64,000 nt of DNA from Emiliania huxleyi CCMP1516. Its lineage: Eukaryota. Under the pieces are notes generated by a model. That model ran no database searches and was not told where the DNA came from. It worked only from the letters and a program-made list of their open reading frames with translations. Both the position numbers and the translations under genes were made by a program. Of the stretch, positions 34,139 through 46,500 are shown piece by piece. Within the stretch, counting starts at the first letter, position 1. Each line of letters starts with the position of its first letter. The stretch spans positions 294,395-358,394 of the forward strand of contig NW_005201092.1 in the NCBI RefSeq assembly GCF_000372725.1, given 5' to 3'.

Positions 34139-36651
34139 CCGTGTAGTCGCGAGGGCTGCCCCCCCCCCCCCCTTCCCGCATTCCCTCCCCTCCTCTTCCC
34201 CCCCCCCCCTCACACCCTGTGTGTGCGGAGAAGTGCACCCTTACCTCACCCTAGGCCGCTCGCTCGCCGAGCTGCTCGCGCTCCTCGAGGCTCAGGTGAG
34301 CGAGGCGGGGTGGGGCGCAAGCTGTGGACCGTCTCCTGGTCTCCTGTCGCTAGTCTCGGACACGGGGGCCTAGACAGAGAGGGGCCCGGCCTCTCTCCCT
34401 CCTTTGCTGAATTGAGCAGTTGCCTGCTACCGCTGCTACGCGTGTAGGAGCGAGGCGGCGGCAGGCTCCACTCGCGACTCGACGGAGGGGGAGGAGGCGA
34501 CGCCAGCGCCACCCTCGTCCGCTTTGGCGCACCATCGCACGGCGGCAGCAGCGGAGGCGGCAGCAGTGGAGGCGGAGGCAGTGGAGGCGGAGGCAGCGGA
34601 GGCGGAGGCAGCGGAGGCGGAGCAGGCAGTGGAGGCGGCGAGGGCGTCTACTTCGAGGTCGAGATTCGGCCCGAGGGGTGGGTGCGGAAGGGCGGGAGGG
34701 GGCAGGGGCGAGGCCACGTCACCGGAAGGGGGCGGGGCAGGCCCGGACGGGGGACGATGAAACCGCGCCCCCTGCCTACCTTCGGTGTCCAGCTGTGAAT
34801 AGGAGCTGTGAGTAGGGGAGCTGTGAATAGGAGCCCCCTGCCCACCTTCGGCCAGCGCAAGGTGGCGAGGCCGACGGTGCGCACAGGGTTGGCAATCCCC
34901 TCCTCCTCCACCACCACCTCCTCCTCCGCTGCCGCCGCTGCCGCCCCTTCGCTCGCCGCCGCTCTGGCGCAGCTGCCGCCGCCTCCGCCAGAGTCGTCGC
35001 GCCTCTGGCTTGACGCACCTTAGATGCGAGGAGGTGGTGGGGTGGTGGAATGGTCTCCGGAGGAGCAGGAGAAGTCAAGTAGTAAACCGGTTGGTAGCGC
35101 GCCCTGTGGAGGAGCACACGGGTCTATAGCGCTTGACACGAGAGAGTGGAGAGCGTTCGGCTCTATTCCGAGGCTGCACAGACCTGCTGCAAGCATTCTC
35201 GCACCCCGTCTACTCTCACGCGAGATGCTCCGACCACACAGATAGCTCGACACACACACTGCGTGCTCACGCGCCCTGGCTGTGGGGCCCCGGGGGCAGG
35301 GTGGCTCAACTCGCGCTACTGATGAACTAAGTGCCACCTTCGTAGCTGCTTTGCGTAGAGCCAGGCTAGGCAGACGCGCCGCTAGTCCCTCACGTCATCA
35401 GGCTCGACACGCGCCGCTGCTCCTCCTCCGACGCCGCGCTCATCCGAGCTGCCTTCGACCTGCCGCAGCCCTGTGCACCTTCCTTCCCTACGCCGCCTCC
35501 ATCTGCATCTACCTGGCAGTCATCAGCGACTCGCGTGATTGAGCGAAATAGGCACCCACGGGCCCCTTCTCATGAATGATCAAATAGGGGCCTCTGCGTG
35601 CTCTCAATCATGAACACTATCTAGATAGAGGCACACGGGCCCCTTCTCATGGACGGAGAGTGGTTGGATATCGGCCTAGTGGCCTATTCTTGGCCATCCA
35701 GATCATGAACTAGGCACGGGCCCCTGATCGCATCACAATGATGAGTGGCTGAATATGGGCCTTAAACTCAGCTGGTCGTCGTTAACCAGGCACTGCTGAC
35801 CCCTCTCCGAGTTGTACGTTTTCTTTATTTAGGCACTGACCCCTTCTCGCTGTGGCATCCGGCCCGCTTCGAAGACTTCTTCGAGCCGCGTGACGCGGCG
35901 GCAGCTCGGTTCCCATCCTTGCATGCCCTCCCTCGCCCCTCACGCTCTGGAGTGCGCACGTCGCAGGAGTCACTTGGGTGTGCGGAGCCGCCAGCAGGGG
36001 CTTGGGGGCAGAGGGGCTCGCTCGGCGTGCCGGAGGTCTCCGGCGGGGCCAACCTCCCTCCGCACACGTGTGCTGATGAATCGAACTCGCTTTCAGGCGG
36101 TGTGCCGGACAAATCGAGACGGCCTCACCTCAGCATCTGTGTTGATGGATGAACTTAATTTGATATAGGCGGCGCCGGAATCTCCGACGGCCGACCCGTC
36201 ACGCTGCTGGTCTGCCGAGATAGCAATCCTGTCACGCGCTCACACCAGACCTGTCACGCCGAGAGCAATCCTGTCACGCTAGGTCTGCCACCTCCTCGTG
36301 ATCGAGAATCCAGGCGGCCGGCCGCCCCTTGCTAGCACCCCATCCCTCTGGGCACCCATGTACCTTTACATGTCCGTCCCGCTTAAGAGCCTGTGTGGCG
36401 TCTGTCATCTAGACATGGACACGGGAGCGCGGCTTCCTTTCGAGCAGTCGCTTACCGCTACTTTTAGGCTGGCGGCCCTGGGCTCGCTCGGCCGGGCTCG
36501 GTCGCGGCAGCAAGCAGCGGCGGCGGGGCAAGCTCGAGAGCAAGCGCACGCTCGACATGCAGCCGCCCGGCGCCCTCTGACAATGCGTCTCGGAGCAGCT
36601 CCCCCCCCCCCCCCCTCCAGTTGCTAATGTGCTGCTACCTTGTGACGAGAC

Positions 36652-38616
36652 AGGCGTCCTCTCGGAGCAGCTCGCCGTCGTCGTCGTCGGCGACGCCCTC
36701 TCCCCGTCTCCGCCGTCACTCTCCACACCAACAGGGAGGCACAGGTCATGTGGAGCGGTCCCAATGATTAGGCGACGACCTCCTAGTCTCCGCCGTCCGC
36801 TCCGCGCGCAGCGGGAGCCGGCCCCGACAAAAGCCTGTCGGGCAGCCCCATCAATGATCGAACCTAGTCAGGCGAGCCAACCATCGACTCAGGCTCGCCG
36901 ACGTGCCAACTTGTCCTCTTACCATCTTGTCTCAGAGTTGACCGTGCCCATTCCTTCACTCTCAGGCTCGACGAGCTGCTGTCCGAGCAGCGCCGCTGCT
37001 TGCAGGAGCCGCCACGCACACTAGGGGCCTTAGACGCTCTTCCTGCGCGGGGGAGGGAGAGGGGGGGGGGAAGGCTCCTGTCTGTAGACGTTGGCGGCGC
37101 GAGGGCTGCCTGGCCCTTCGTTGCCCCACCAACTAGTACGGTGTGGACAAGTTCACCGACCGTATCTCCACCTTCCTTGTGTGCAGGAGCGGCTGCAGGA
37201 GCGGCGGCACTCCACCGGCGCCCGCTTCCTCTGCTGGAGCCTTGCCGACGCCGTCGTCCGTGAGCTGGGCTACGCGCAGGCACTATCTTAGACTTGTCCG
37301 AGCCCTAGAGAGCCCGCGAGATCATGACCCGAGATTGCTCGAGATCGCCAGCTGGGCTACGCGCAGGCACTATCTTAGACTTGTCCGAGCCCTAGAGAGC
37401 CCGCGAGATCATGACCCGAGATTGCTCGAGATCGCCAGCTGGGCTACGCGCAGGCACTATCTTGACTTGTCCGAGCCCTAGAGAGCCCGCGAGATCATGA
37501 CCCGAGATTGCTCGAGATCGCCAGCTGGGCTACGCGCAGGCACTATCTTGAATTGTCCGAGCCCTAGAGAGCCCGCGAGATCATGACCCGAGATTGCTCG
37601 AGATCGCCAGCTGGGCTACGCGCAGGCACGATCTTAGACTTGTCCGAGCCCTAGAGAGCCCGCGAGATCATGACCCGAAATTGCTCGAGATCGCCAGCTG
37701 GGCTACGCGCAGGCACGATCTTAGACTTGTCCGAGCCCTAGAGAGCCCGCGAGATCATGACCCGAGATTGCTCGAGATCGCCAGCTGGGCTACGCGCAGG
37801 CACCCTACCTTAGAGTGTCCGAGAGCCCCGAGATGGCTCGCGAGATGAAATCTCGGGTAATCTCGTTCGCAGGTCGTCCTCAACGAGTGGGTCGAGGAGC
37901 TCGACGATGCAATCACGACACGCCCGATCAGCGACCACGCGCAGCACCTGCACGACCTCCGCACTGTGCTCGAGAAGGCGCGCGCTAGACTGCGACTAGT
38001 CCTCCCATGCTAGATGTCTGCGCGCGCCTCGGCGAGATCTCGGCTGCACCTCGGCTGCATCTCGGCTGCATCCGTGCTGCATCTGTGCTGCGTCTCTGCT
38101 GCGTCTCAGCCGTATCTCGACAGCGCACGATGCTGTGGCGTCAGGTGGTTCGCGCGACGGCGCCGCTGGTGCAGGCGCTCGAGGACGGGGCTGGCCAGCC
38201 AGCAGCGACGCCGGCGCACTTGTGGCAGTCGCTGAGGGGCGAGCTGGCGGCGGTCAACTCGGAGATCCTCTCGCTGCAGACGAGGGTGGCGTCGCTGCAG
38301 CAGTACTTTCGGCAGGCGGTCGAGAGCGCCACTCGCGTGTGGTGCTCTCGGGTCATCTCGGGTCATCTCGGGTCATCTCGGGTCATCTCGGCAGGCGGTG
38401 GAGGAGCGGCACTCGCGCGTGCTGTACGTGCTCACGCTGGTGACGGCGCTCTTCGTGCCGCTCCAGTTCCTGACGGGCGTGTGGGGCATGAACTTCCGGG
38501 TCATGCCCGAGCTCGAGTGGGAGTACGGATACGAGATGTTCTGGTGCTGCGAGCTGCTCATCGCCCTGCTCGTCTTCATCTTCTTCCGCGCCTCGGGCCT
38601 CCTACAGCTGAGCTGA
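36652..38616 (+). CDS. CorA/MIT-family Mg2+ (divalent cation) transporter, multi-exon, 5' end uncertain
   Basis: FLCWSLADAVV...; last exon LYVLTLVTALFVPLQFLTGVWGMNFRVMPELEWEYGY carries the GMN and MPEL signatures plus two TM helices. Confidence 0.88.
37263..37805 (+). repeat. Intronic minisatellite, 86-87-bp unit, six copies plus a partial seventh
   Basis: Units start AGCTGGGCTACGCGCAGGCAC at 37263, 37350, 37437, 37523, 37609, 37696 and 37783. Confidence 0.97.
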
Positions 38617-38633
38617 CGCACCGCTTTTCCTTG

Positions 38634-38748
38634 GACTTGGAGCAGTTGGCAGCCTCACACCCAGGGCCGGGGGCTAAGAAGCGCACCCAGTTGGCCAGAT
38701 GATTGGCATCGGGCTACGGGCAAGAGAGCCCTGACCCCTAGGGCTAGT
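38634..38748 (-). mobile_element. Repeat family C copy
   Basis: GCTAAGAAGCGCACCCAGTTGGCC shared with the copy at ~33230. Confidence 0.7.
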
Positions 38749-39362
38749 TCCATTTCACTCTCTGACACGCTAATCTTGAAAACGTCCAACGGAGCTCCGT
38801 GTTGCTCCTCCAGCGCCCCCTCCCCCGCGCTTCCTGCGGCCCTAGCCGATGATACTAGCATGGGAGGTCATCTGGATACCGCGAGAGCGACCCAACTCGT
38901 CGACATCGTCCGATGATGGTGCCTCAAAGTCAGTCTTCGGAGGCTATCGTGGGGTCGAGCCGGCAGTAGCCGCGACATGTGGTTCCACCCCACCCCTCGC
39001 AGGCTTTGCCTCTAACCGCCACCGTTCCCAGGCTGCCTAATGGGATGGAAAGGAAGGCTGGGCGAGCGTATAGAAGCGTGCTCGACCTCGTCGTGGCAGC
39101 CTGCACGGCAGCGCTGGCAGGCGCCGGCGATGAGCGAACCCCTGGTCATGTGGTCAACTCACCCTCCACACCCCGCGTACTGGCGCGCGGCGCGGGCGGA
39201 TGACTAGGGGAGGGAAAGCGGAGATCCTAGCTCGTTGGGAATAGGGGAGAAGTGTCAGTGTGATGGGAGGGCGTACGCCGGCGTTTTTGCCTTTGAAAAC
39301 TGAACAGTTTTTTTAACTTCGTAACTCCTTGGGAGCACGAGCCGCGTGCTTTCGCGCGCGTT

Positions 39363-40120
39363 CTACTCCGCGCCTCGCTCGCCCTCAAAAGAGCTACAGA
39401 AGCCGCTCCGCGTCTTTCTCGCCCTCGTAGTGCTCCACGGAGCCGTCGGCAAACTCCGCGCGCACCTTCCGCTCCGCACCTTGCTCGCCCTCGAAGTGCA
39501 GCAAGGTGCCGGCACACACCGCGCGCACAAGCCGCTCCGCACCTTTCTCGCCCTCGTAGTACTGCACGATGCCGCTGGGAAACTCCTCGCGCACCACCCG
39601 CTCCGCACCTCGCTCGCCCTCGAAGTGCTCCACGGCGCCATCGGCACGCACCGCGCGCACCAGCCGGTCCGCACCTCGCTCGCCCTCGTAGTACGCAGTG
39701 CCTTCGGGCGACTCCTCGCGCACCATCCGCTCCGCACCTTTGTCACCCTCAAGTGGTGCACAGTGCCGTCGGCTGACTCCATGCGCACCAACCGCTCCGC
39801 ACCTTTGTCACCCTCAAAGTGGTGCGCAGTGCCGTCGGCTAACTCCGAGCGCACCAACCGCTCCGCACCCTGCCCGCCCTCGTAGTACTGCACCTGGCCG
39901 CTGGGAAACTCTTTGCGCACTTTCCGCTCCGCGCCTCGCTCGCCCTCGAAGTGCGCCACGGCGCCGTTGGCAAACACTGAGCGCACCTTCCGCTCCGCTC
40001 CTTTCTCGCCCTCGTAGTACTTCACCAGGCCGCTATGTAAGAGACGCACCCGCAGCTTCGCGCCGTTCTCGCCGCGCCGCAGCCTCCAGACCTCGATAGG
40101 GCGCTCTCCAGCGCCCTCCT
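39363..40120 (-). pseudogene. Frameshifted 22-aa tandem-repeat protein ([YF]EGE.GAER.VR....G...[HY]), MORN-variant-like
   Basis: About 10 repeats split across reading frames; 1-nt deletion near 39750; no intact in-frame ATG upstream. Confidence 0.7.
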
Positions 40121-40419
40121 AGCGTCGGTGTAAATGTTACACACCGACGCGGCAGCGAACGCGCTGTCACGTACTCGCTGTCGTCGGCCTCGAAGCCCCA
40201 CTCCTTCGCAACGTGCGGCACGGCTCCCAACGGCAGAGAGAAGCTTCTCTTCTGCCTTAGCCACGTGGTCTTCGTCACTTCGTCACTTCACAGAAAAGGT
40301 CTTCGCTCCTCGGGCGGACCAGATATCCAGTGCAGATTTGAGAGAGAGAGAGAGAGAGAGATTTAGAACCTTCTCTCAGATTTGCTGAAGTGAGTGGGGC
40401 ATCCCCGGGGGAGGGGTCA

Positions 40420-40546
<127 letters not shown>

Positions 40547-41120
40547 GCAATACCAAACAACTCCAACACTCGCGCGCGAGACGTGCAGACAGGGTTGCCG
40601 GGTGAGAGCGAATGGCGCGGTTCACGCCTCGCACAACAGAGAGAGAGATGCGCTCTGCATGGTGGTTTTTGGGGGGTCAAATCTGCTGAAGTCGCGCCGT
40701 GCGATTCTCGGCGAGAGATGGGCTCTCGCCTAACATATGGTGACATCGAGTGACTTCGCGTTCGTAGAGAGAGAGAGAGAGAGATTTTTAGCAATACCAA
40801 ACAAATGTGAACCGCGTCGTATGCGATTGTGTTTCGTAGTGTGAACCGCGTCGTATGCGACGCTCTTGTTTCTTTCACCCTTGGTTTCTTGCCGTCGTCT
40901 CTGGGCAGGGGCCCACCCCGCACACAGCGGGTCCCCAAGCGTGAACTTGTCTCTTATCATGAACGTGAACGGGGTTGTGCGTTTATGTGAACGTGAACGG
41001 CGGTCAACCGGGGTTGTGTTTTTGTGTGAACGGCGGCCGCCCAGAAAACACGCCTCCGTGGCTCGGGTTACACCAATCCTCGCTACCCAACGCGGCCTAG
41101 GAGCGTCAGCGCCCCGCAAA

Positions 41121-42392
41121 ATGGATTGCAGCCGCCAGACCTCCGTCCGTCCGCCGCCGGCCTTGATGGAGTACAGCCGCTGCAGGCCGCACCCCATTCC
41201 AGGCGAGCGCTGGACGCTAGCGGCATACCGGCGACAGATGGCCCACCTGGTGAAAACGGAGCAGCAGGCCGCGCTCTTGAGCGTCCGTGGCAACAGGCTC
41301 AGTGCGTGCGTGTGCGCGGGACCCAGCGGTCCTGCTGCACTCACGTCGAAGTTGGCCTTGGAGTGGCTCGTCAGCTTATGGCGGGAGGCCCTTCAGCCCG
41401 GCGCGGACTTTAGCGTGGTCGCCGCCCTGCACGACTTTGTGACGCCGCAACTTCAAGCGGCCGCGCCCGTCTATAGCATCGAGCAAGGGCCCAACCGCGT
41501 CTCGCTGCCTACTTTCAACACGTGGCGCGGCGGCTGGACGCACGAGACTCCGCGCAACTTGACGGCGCCCGGGGCCACACCGCGCGAGTGGAGCACGCGC
41601 AAGTCGCAGCTTGTGTGGCGGGGCAGTGTCGCATCATACGGCGGCGTGCGGTCGCGTCTGCTGACTATGGCGCAGCGCCACCCTCGGTGGATCGATGCGC
41701 GTGGCACGGACGGTGCCGGCGGCAGCGCGGCGCGGCTGACGCTGGCGCAGCAGGAGTCGTTCAAGTACACGATTAATATGCCGGGGCTGATCAACGCGTA
41801 TGCCTGGCGCACGCCCGAGCTCTTCCTGCGTGGCTTCCTCGTCTTCCACGTGCGCGACGGGGACCTCCCCTTCTGGCGGCGCTACCCCGGTGCTTCGGCC
41901 GAGCCCGAGTTCATGTGCCAACTGCGCCCCTTCATCCACTACATCCCGCTCAACGCCTCGCTCGGCTCGCTGCTCGCGCAGCTAGAGTGGGCTATGGCGC
42001 ATGATGACGTGGCGCGGGCCATCGCGCAACGCGGGCGCGCCGCGATGCTACGACTTCTCGAGCCGAGTCGCCTCGCGCACACGCTCACGTCGCGGCTTCG
42101 CGCCGCGCCATTTTTCGCGATCGGGTGCTTCGCGTGCCCCCCGCCGCACTGCAAGCGCACCCAGGCCTCGCTCGCCGCGGGAGCGCCGCTAGCAGGAGGG
42201 CCGCGGGCGGGGGTGCTGGGTGAGCCGCGTGAGCGCCCCCACGGCCAGCGTGCCGTCGATGGCGACGGCTCGCTGGACGATAAGCGCTCAAACCGTGTGG
42301 CGTGGCGGCCAGCGGCACGAGCGGTCGGAGCGTTGGGTCAAAACAGGAGCCGAAATTTACAACGACGCGTGGCGGCGAGTGCCTCGACATGA
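41121..42392 (+). CDS. Glycosyltransferase family 90 (CAP10-like)
   Basis: WSTRKSQLVWRGS, LAQQESFKYTINMPG, YAWR, LRPFIHYIP, LEWAMAHDDVARAIAQRGR; start and end uncertain. Confidence 0.85.
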   Translation: MDCSRQTSVRPPPALMEYSRCRPHPIPGERWTLAAYRRQMAHLVKTEQQAALLSVRGNRLSACVCAGPSGPAALTSKLALEWLVSLWREALQPGADFSVVAALHDFVTPQLQAAAPVYSIEQGPNRVSLPTFNTWRGGWTHETPRNLTAPGATPREWSTRKSQLVWRGSVASYGGVRSRLLTMAQRHPRWIDARGTDGAGGSAARLTLAQQESFKYTINMPGLINAYAWRTPELFLRGFLVFHVRDGDLPFWRRYPGASAEPEFMCQLRPFIHYIPLNASLGSLLAQLEWAMAHDDVARAIAQRGRAAMLRLLEPSRLAHTLTSRLRAAPFFAIGCFACPPPHCKRTQASLAAGAPLAGGPRAGVLGEPRERPHGQRAVDGDGSLDDKRSNRVAWRPAARAVGALGQNRSRNLQRRVAASAST

Positions 42393-43154
42393 ACTCTGCA
42401 AACTGGCGCCGGCTGTGCCCCGCCTCGTTTGCGCGCCGGCTGCGCCCGCTGCCGCTCGGCGGTCGACGCCAGCTCGTCTTCAGCGGCGACTCGGTGGCTG
42501 GCCAGCTCTTCGCGGGATTCGCGTGCGAGCTGGCGCCCGCCGAGCGCGCCGCCGTAGCGTGGCAGCCGTTTAACCTCTTCAACGCGCCGCTCGCGCCGCG
42601 GCTGATCACGGCGCGCCCCGCGGGGAGCGTCTTCGTCATCCTCGCCGGCACGTGGTTCCGCGTCGAGCAGATGGACGCGTACGAGGCGGCCATTGCTCAG
42701 ATGCTGCGCACGCTGCGCGCGCACCCCACTCACAATTTCCTCGTGCTGAGTATCGCCGCGCAGCACTGGCGCGGTGGCAAGTACAGCGACGCCGCGCGCG
42801 ACGAGTGCCTCCAGCGCGCGCACGCCCTCCCGTGCGGCGACGAGCGCAGCGCCGAGGCCATCGCCGAGTACGAGCGTCGCCTCGAGCGTCAGCTGCGCGC
42901 GACGGCCTTGACGGCCACGCCGAGGGTCAACTCGACCCCCTTCGAGCGGCGGCGGGACAACATCGCGCTCTTCTCAATGTATAACGCGACGCGCGCGTGG
43001 CACCAGCTGCACCCCGGCTGGAAGAAGAACCACAACGGCGTCGAGTGCGACTGCACTTTGCTACGAGCACAAGGCCTTCCACCCACTGGCGCAGGCGCTG
43101 CGCCGCGCGGTACTCGCGCTCGCCGCACCAAGGCGGCACGCCGACGTGCCCTAG
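42302..43154 (+). pseudogene. SGNH/PC-esterase (TBL/Cas1p-like O-acetyltransferase) domain, apparently frameshifted
   Basis: LVFSGDS and GTW motifs; terminal DCT...CY motif split across two frames at 43049-43064. Confidence 0.65.
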
Positions 43155-43534
43155 TCATGAAAGTTCTCTCCCGCCGACTTTGACGAGTCGGCGCGCCGCG
43201 TTCGTGTGTCTGATTAGCTAAAATATGCCACAAATCTAACAGTGCGGGAGTGGCGAGTATGAACGTCGCTCAGGGCTAACAGTGGGATCTCTAATGATGA
43301 AAGAAAGAAAGAAAGAACACAGACAGCCCAAAGGAGGGATAGGAGGACGGCACGCGTCGCACTCGTATTTTTTTCGGAGGCGCTTGACGTTGTACCCCCC
43401 TCTGCTTGTCCCTCTCTCGGGCGACCGCCCAACCTCGACAAACCACTGACCTTTTTTGAGCCTCTGCCTCCGCCCCCCCGCCGACCCCCGTTCGGACGGC
43501 GTTGCACGGCGGTTACAGGCGAAGGGTGATCGAA

Positions 43535-46500
43535 ATGTTCAACCGGCTTCTTCCCGACTGCCTGCCGTGCGCATCATCTGGCGCCGGCCGAAAGCACTCG
43601 GCGCGTCGCACAACCTGTGACGCTGCCATCACCGCCGATCGAATCCCGCGGATCATCCACCAGATGGACTTTCTCCCGTCCAAACATCGCAACCCGCTGC
43701 TTGCTCTGACAGAAAACACACATCGCTTGCACCAAGACTGGTGCGTGCACTACTGGTCGGACGAGGAGATGGGCCTCGCGGTCAACTCCATGCCGAACGA
43801 CATCTTTAGCACGTACCCCTTGCTAAACATGGGCGTGATGCGGGCCGACACGGCGAGGCTGGCCATCATGTTCGCCTATGGCGGCTGGTACCTTGACACA
43901 GATATCCTGTGCGCTGGCAACCTGCCGCGGTGTCCGACTCCCGCGCCGTATTATAGACGCCCTGTGGGACGCCTGTGTAGGTGCACGCGGCCTGTTTCGG
44001 AGCTCGTCGCACCGGGCGAAGAGCTCGTGCTCGTCGAGCAGCCCTCCACGGCCATGCATGGTGGTGGCGTGGCCAACTTCCTGATGGGCTCGGCGCCGAA
44101 GCACCCGCTGTGGAATGCCACGCTGACACACATCGCGCGGCACGCGACGTCCCAGCTCCACGGGCTGCCCGGCTTGCTCTTGGCCAAGAACGCGAGCCAT
44201 CGGCAGGTGCTCGCGATTACGGGCAGCCAGGCGATCACGCACGCAGTAGTAAAGCAGCCTTAATTCCAAGATCGGCCCCCTATCATCGCATGCCTACATA
44301 CCTCCCCATACCTACCCACACCTACCCACACCTCACCATACCTCCCCATGCCAGGCGATCACACACGCGTGGCGCCAGCTGTCGCAGCACGGCCTTGCCG
44401 GCATGCGCGCGACGCGGCTGGTCGAGCAGGTGCCACGCTGGCTGCTGCGCCAGGTGGGACTCCCCGACAGAATTGGCGCAGGGCGGCGCAGGGCGGCGGT
44501 ATACCAGCCGCCTGGGGTGTCGTCGCAGCCGACGCCAGCGTGCTACCACCTAAATATGTTCTCGTGGGGCCCGGCGTGGAGGCGCGTCGCAAACAGGCAG
44601 AAGCGGCGCACGCTCTCCTTGCGCGGCGAGACGCTCGCGGGTGCGGAGCCTCGTGACGCCGCAGTGGGAGCGCTGCGCCGCATCCCACCGAGGATGCGCA
44701 CGGCCGACTCCAACACGGCGGCTGGGAAACAGGCGCTTGCGATGATGCGCAAGCAGGCGGGACGCATGCGCCGTTTCGTCCACGCCAGCGGCGCGATGCC
44801 ATCGCCGCTTGGGCCGTCGCTGCCTCGGGGGCGATCGTTGCCTCGCGCGCCGTTCCACACGGACGCCAGGGGGCGGGCGCTGCAGGAGGTGCGGGGCGCG
44901 GGCATGCCCACCGGCGCTCGTTTGCCAGGGCGCAGCAACCGCGTTAGGAAGCTCGGTGGCAAGGGGACGGCTCGCGGCAAGCACGCCGGAGGTGTCGCGC
45001 GAAGCAGCCGCCGAGGCCGGTCGTCAAGGGTTGGCGGAGGCGACGGCGGTGAGGACGAGGCGGCATGCGCGTCGCTCGCGTCGCTCGGTGTGCGCTCCAT
45101 CCTCTTCGTCGGCGATTCGTTCATACGTCAGCTCTTCCTCGCAACGCTGCTGCTGCTGGTGCCGCGCGGCCATTCGCCTCTCTTTCTCGCGCCCGTCACG
45201 TCGTGGGCGCCTTCGACGCGCGGAATGGCGCACTGCACGGCGCAGCAGGTCGCCACTTCAGCCGACTCGCATTGCCGCCACGACTTCGCGCGGTCCACGG
45301 CCAAGCACCTGGACGCCGTGCGACAGCGCGCGATCTGCGCCGGCCGCGTCTCGCTTGAGTTCGTATACGGCGGGATCAAGCAGACGGCGGCGACGGGCGC
45401 GGGCGACGCCGAGTTTCCTGGCATCGACGTCGCCGCACCCGCCGACTTGGTCGTGCTCGGCTACGGCATCTGGGACAGCTTTAGCACCGAGGCCGTACAG
45501 CGGCGCATACAGCGGCACCTCACAGCGGTGGAGCGGTGGCGCAGCGCGGCGCCGCGGCTCGTCTTCCTTGCGTCGGACTCGCGCCACCGCAACGACTTCG
45601 GGCGGCAGATGGACGGGCACGTCGTCGCTTTCAACAGCAAGATGGCGCGCGCGCGCGCGCGCGCGCTCTCGAATGCTCACGTCACGCATAGTCACACGCC
45701 CACCCGCTCGGCCGCAGTCACACGCCCGCCTCTCCCCCTCACCCGGCCAGCCGCGCCGCTCGCCCGCAAGCGGAAAGCACACATGCCAACTCCATGAGAC
45801 AAATACTTGACTCACTCGTGAGTGCAGGCGGCCTTCTGGCGTGTGCACCCGTACCGCGACGCTCGCGGTCGCCCGCCGCTCTTTCTTTCCTTCTACGCGC
45901 TCACGAGGACCACACGGCCGTATGACGGCACTCACTACTCTCCCTCCGTCAACCACGTCAAGGCGAGGAGGCTCATCACGGCGCTCGCCGCACGCGCCGA
46001 CCCCTCAGCCGTTGCTCCGCGCGTCGCCGCCACTGCCGCCTCCGTCGCCGGGTCGGCGCCTCCGGGGATGAGCCCCGGTCCAGCCGCCGAGGAAGAGGTG
46101 ACGCCCTCCTCTGGGAGACTAATCGAGATTCCCCGAGATTGTCCAAGATTACTCGCGGTAGGCCTCCACGCGGACGGCAGCCTCGGCGACCCGCGACCAA
46201 ACCGCCCCCACAACCACAGCGTGCTACCTGATCTCTCTGCTCGGCACTCGCGCTTCGGACTTCACGGAGGTGGAGCGGATGGCGCGCACATTGCGCCTCT
46301 TTGACGACGGCGGGCGCCACCCGCTCGTCCTCTTCCACGAGGCGAGCGTGCCGAGCGCCGTCTTCGGTGCCATCCGCAAAGCGCTGAGCTCGCACCAGCG
46401 GCTGCTGTTGCCTGCGAGGGTCGACTTCCCGCCAGGCCCGCCCGCCGCGATGGGGCCGGGCGCTCGGCCGCCAGGGGGCCTGATGACGACGCACAACCGC

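Noticed and set aside
37263..37805. CRISPR-like regular array
   Set aside because: Whole units are near-identical with no unique spacers; it is intronic, in a eukaryote, with no cas genes
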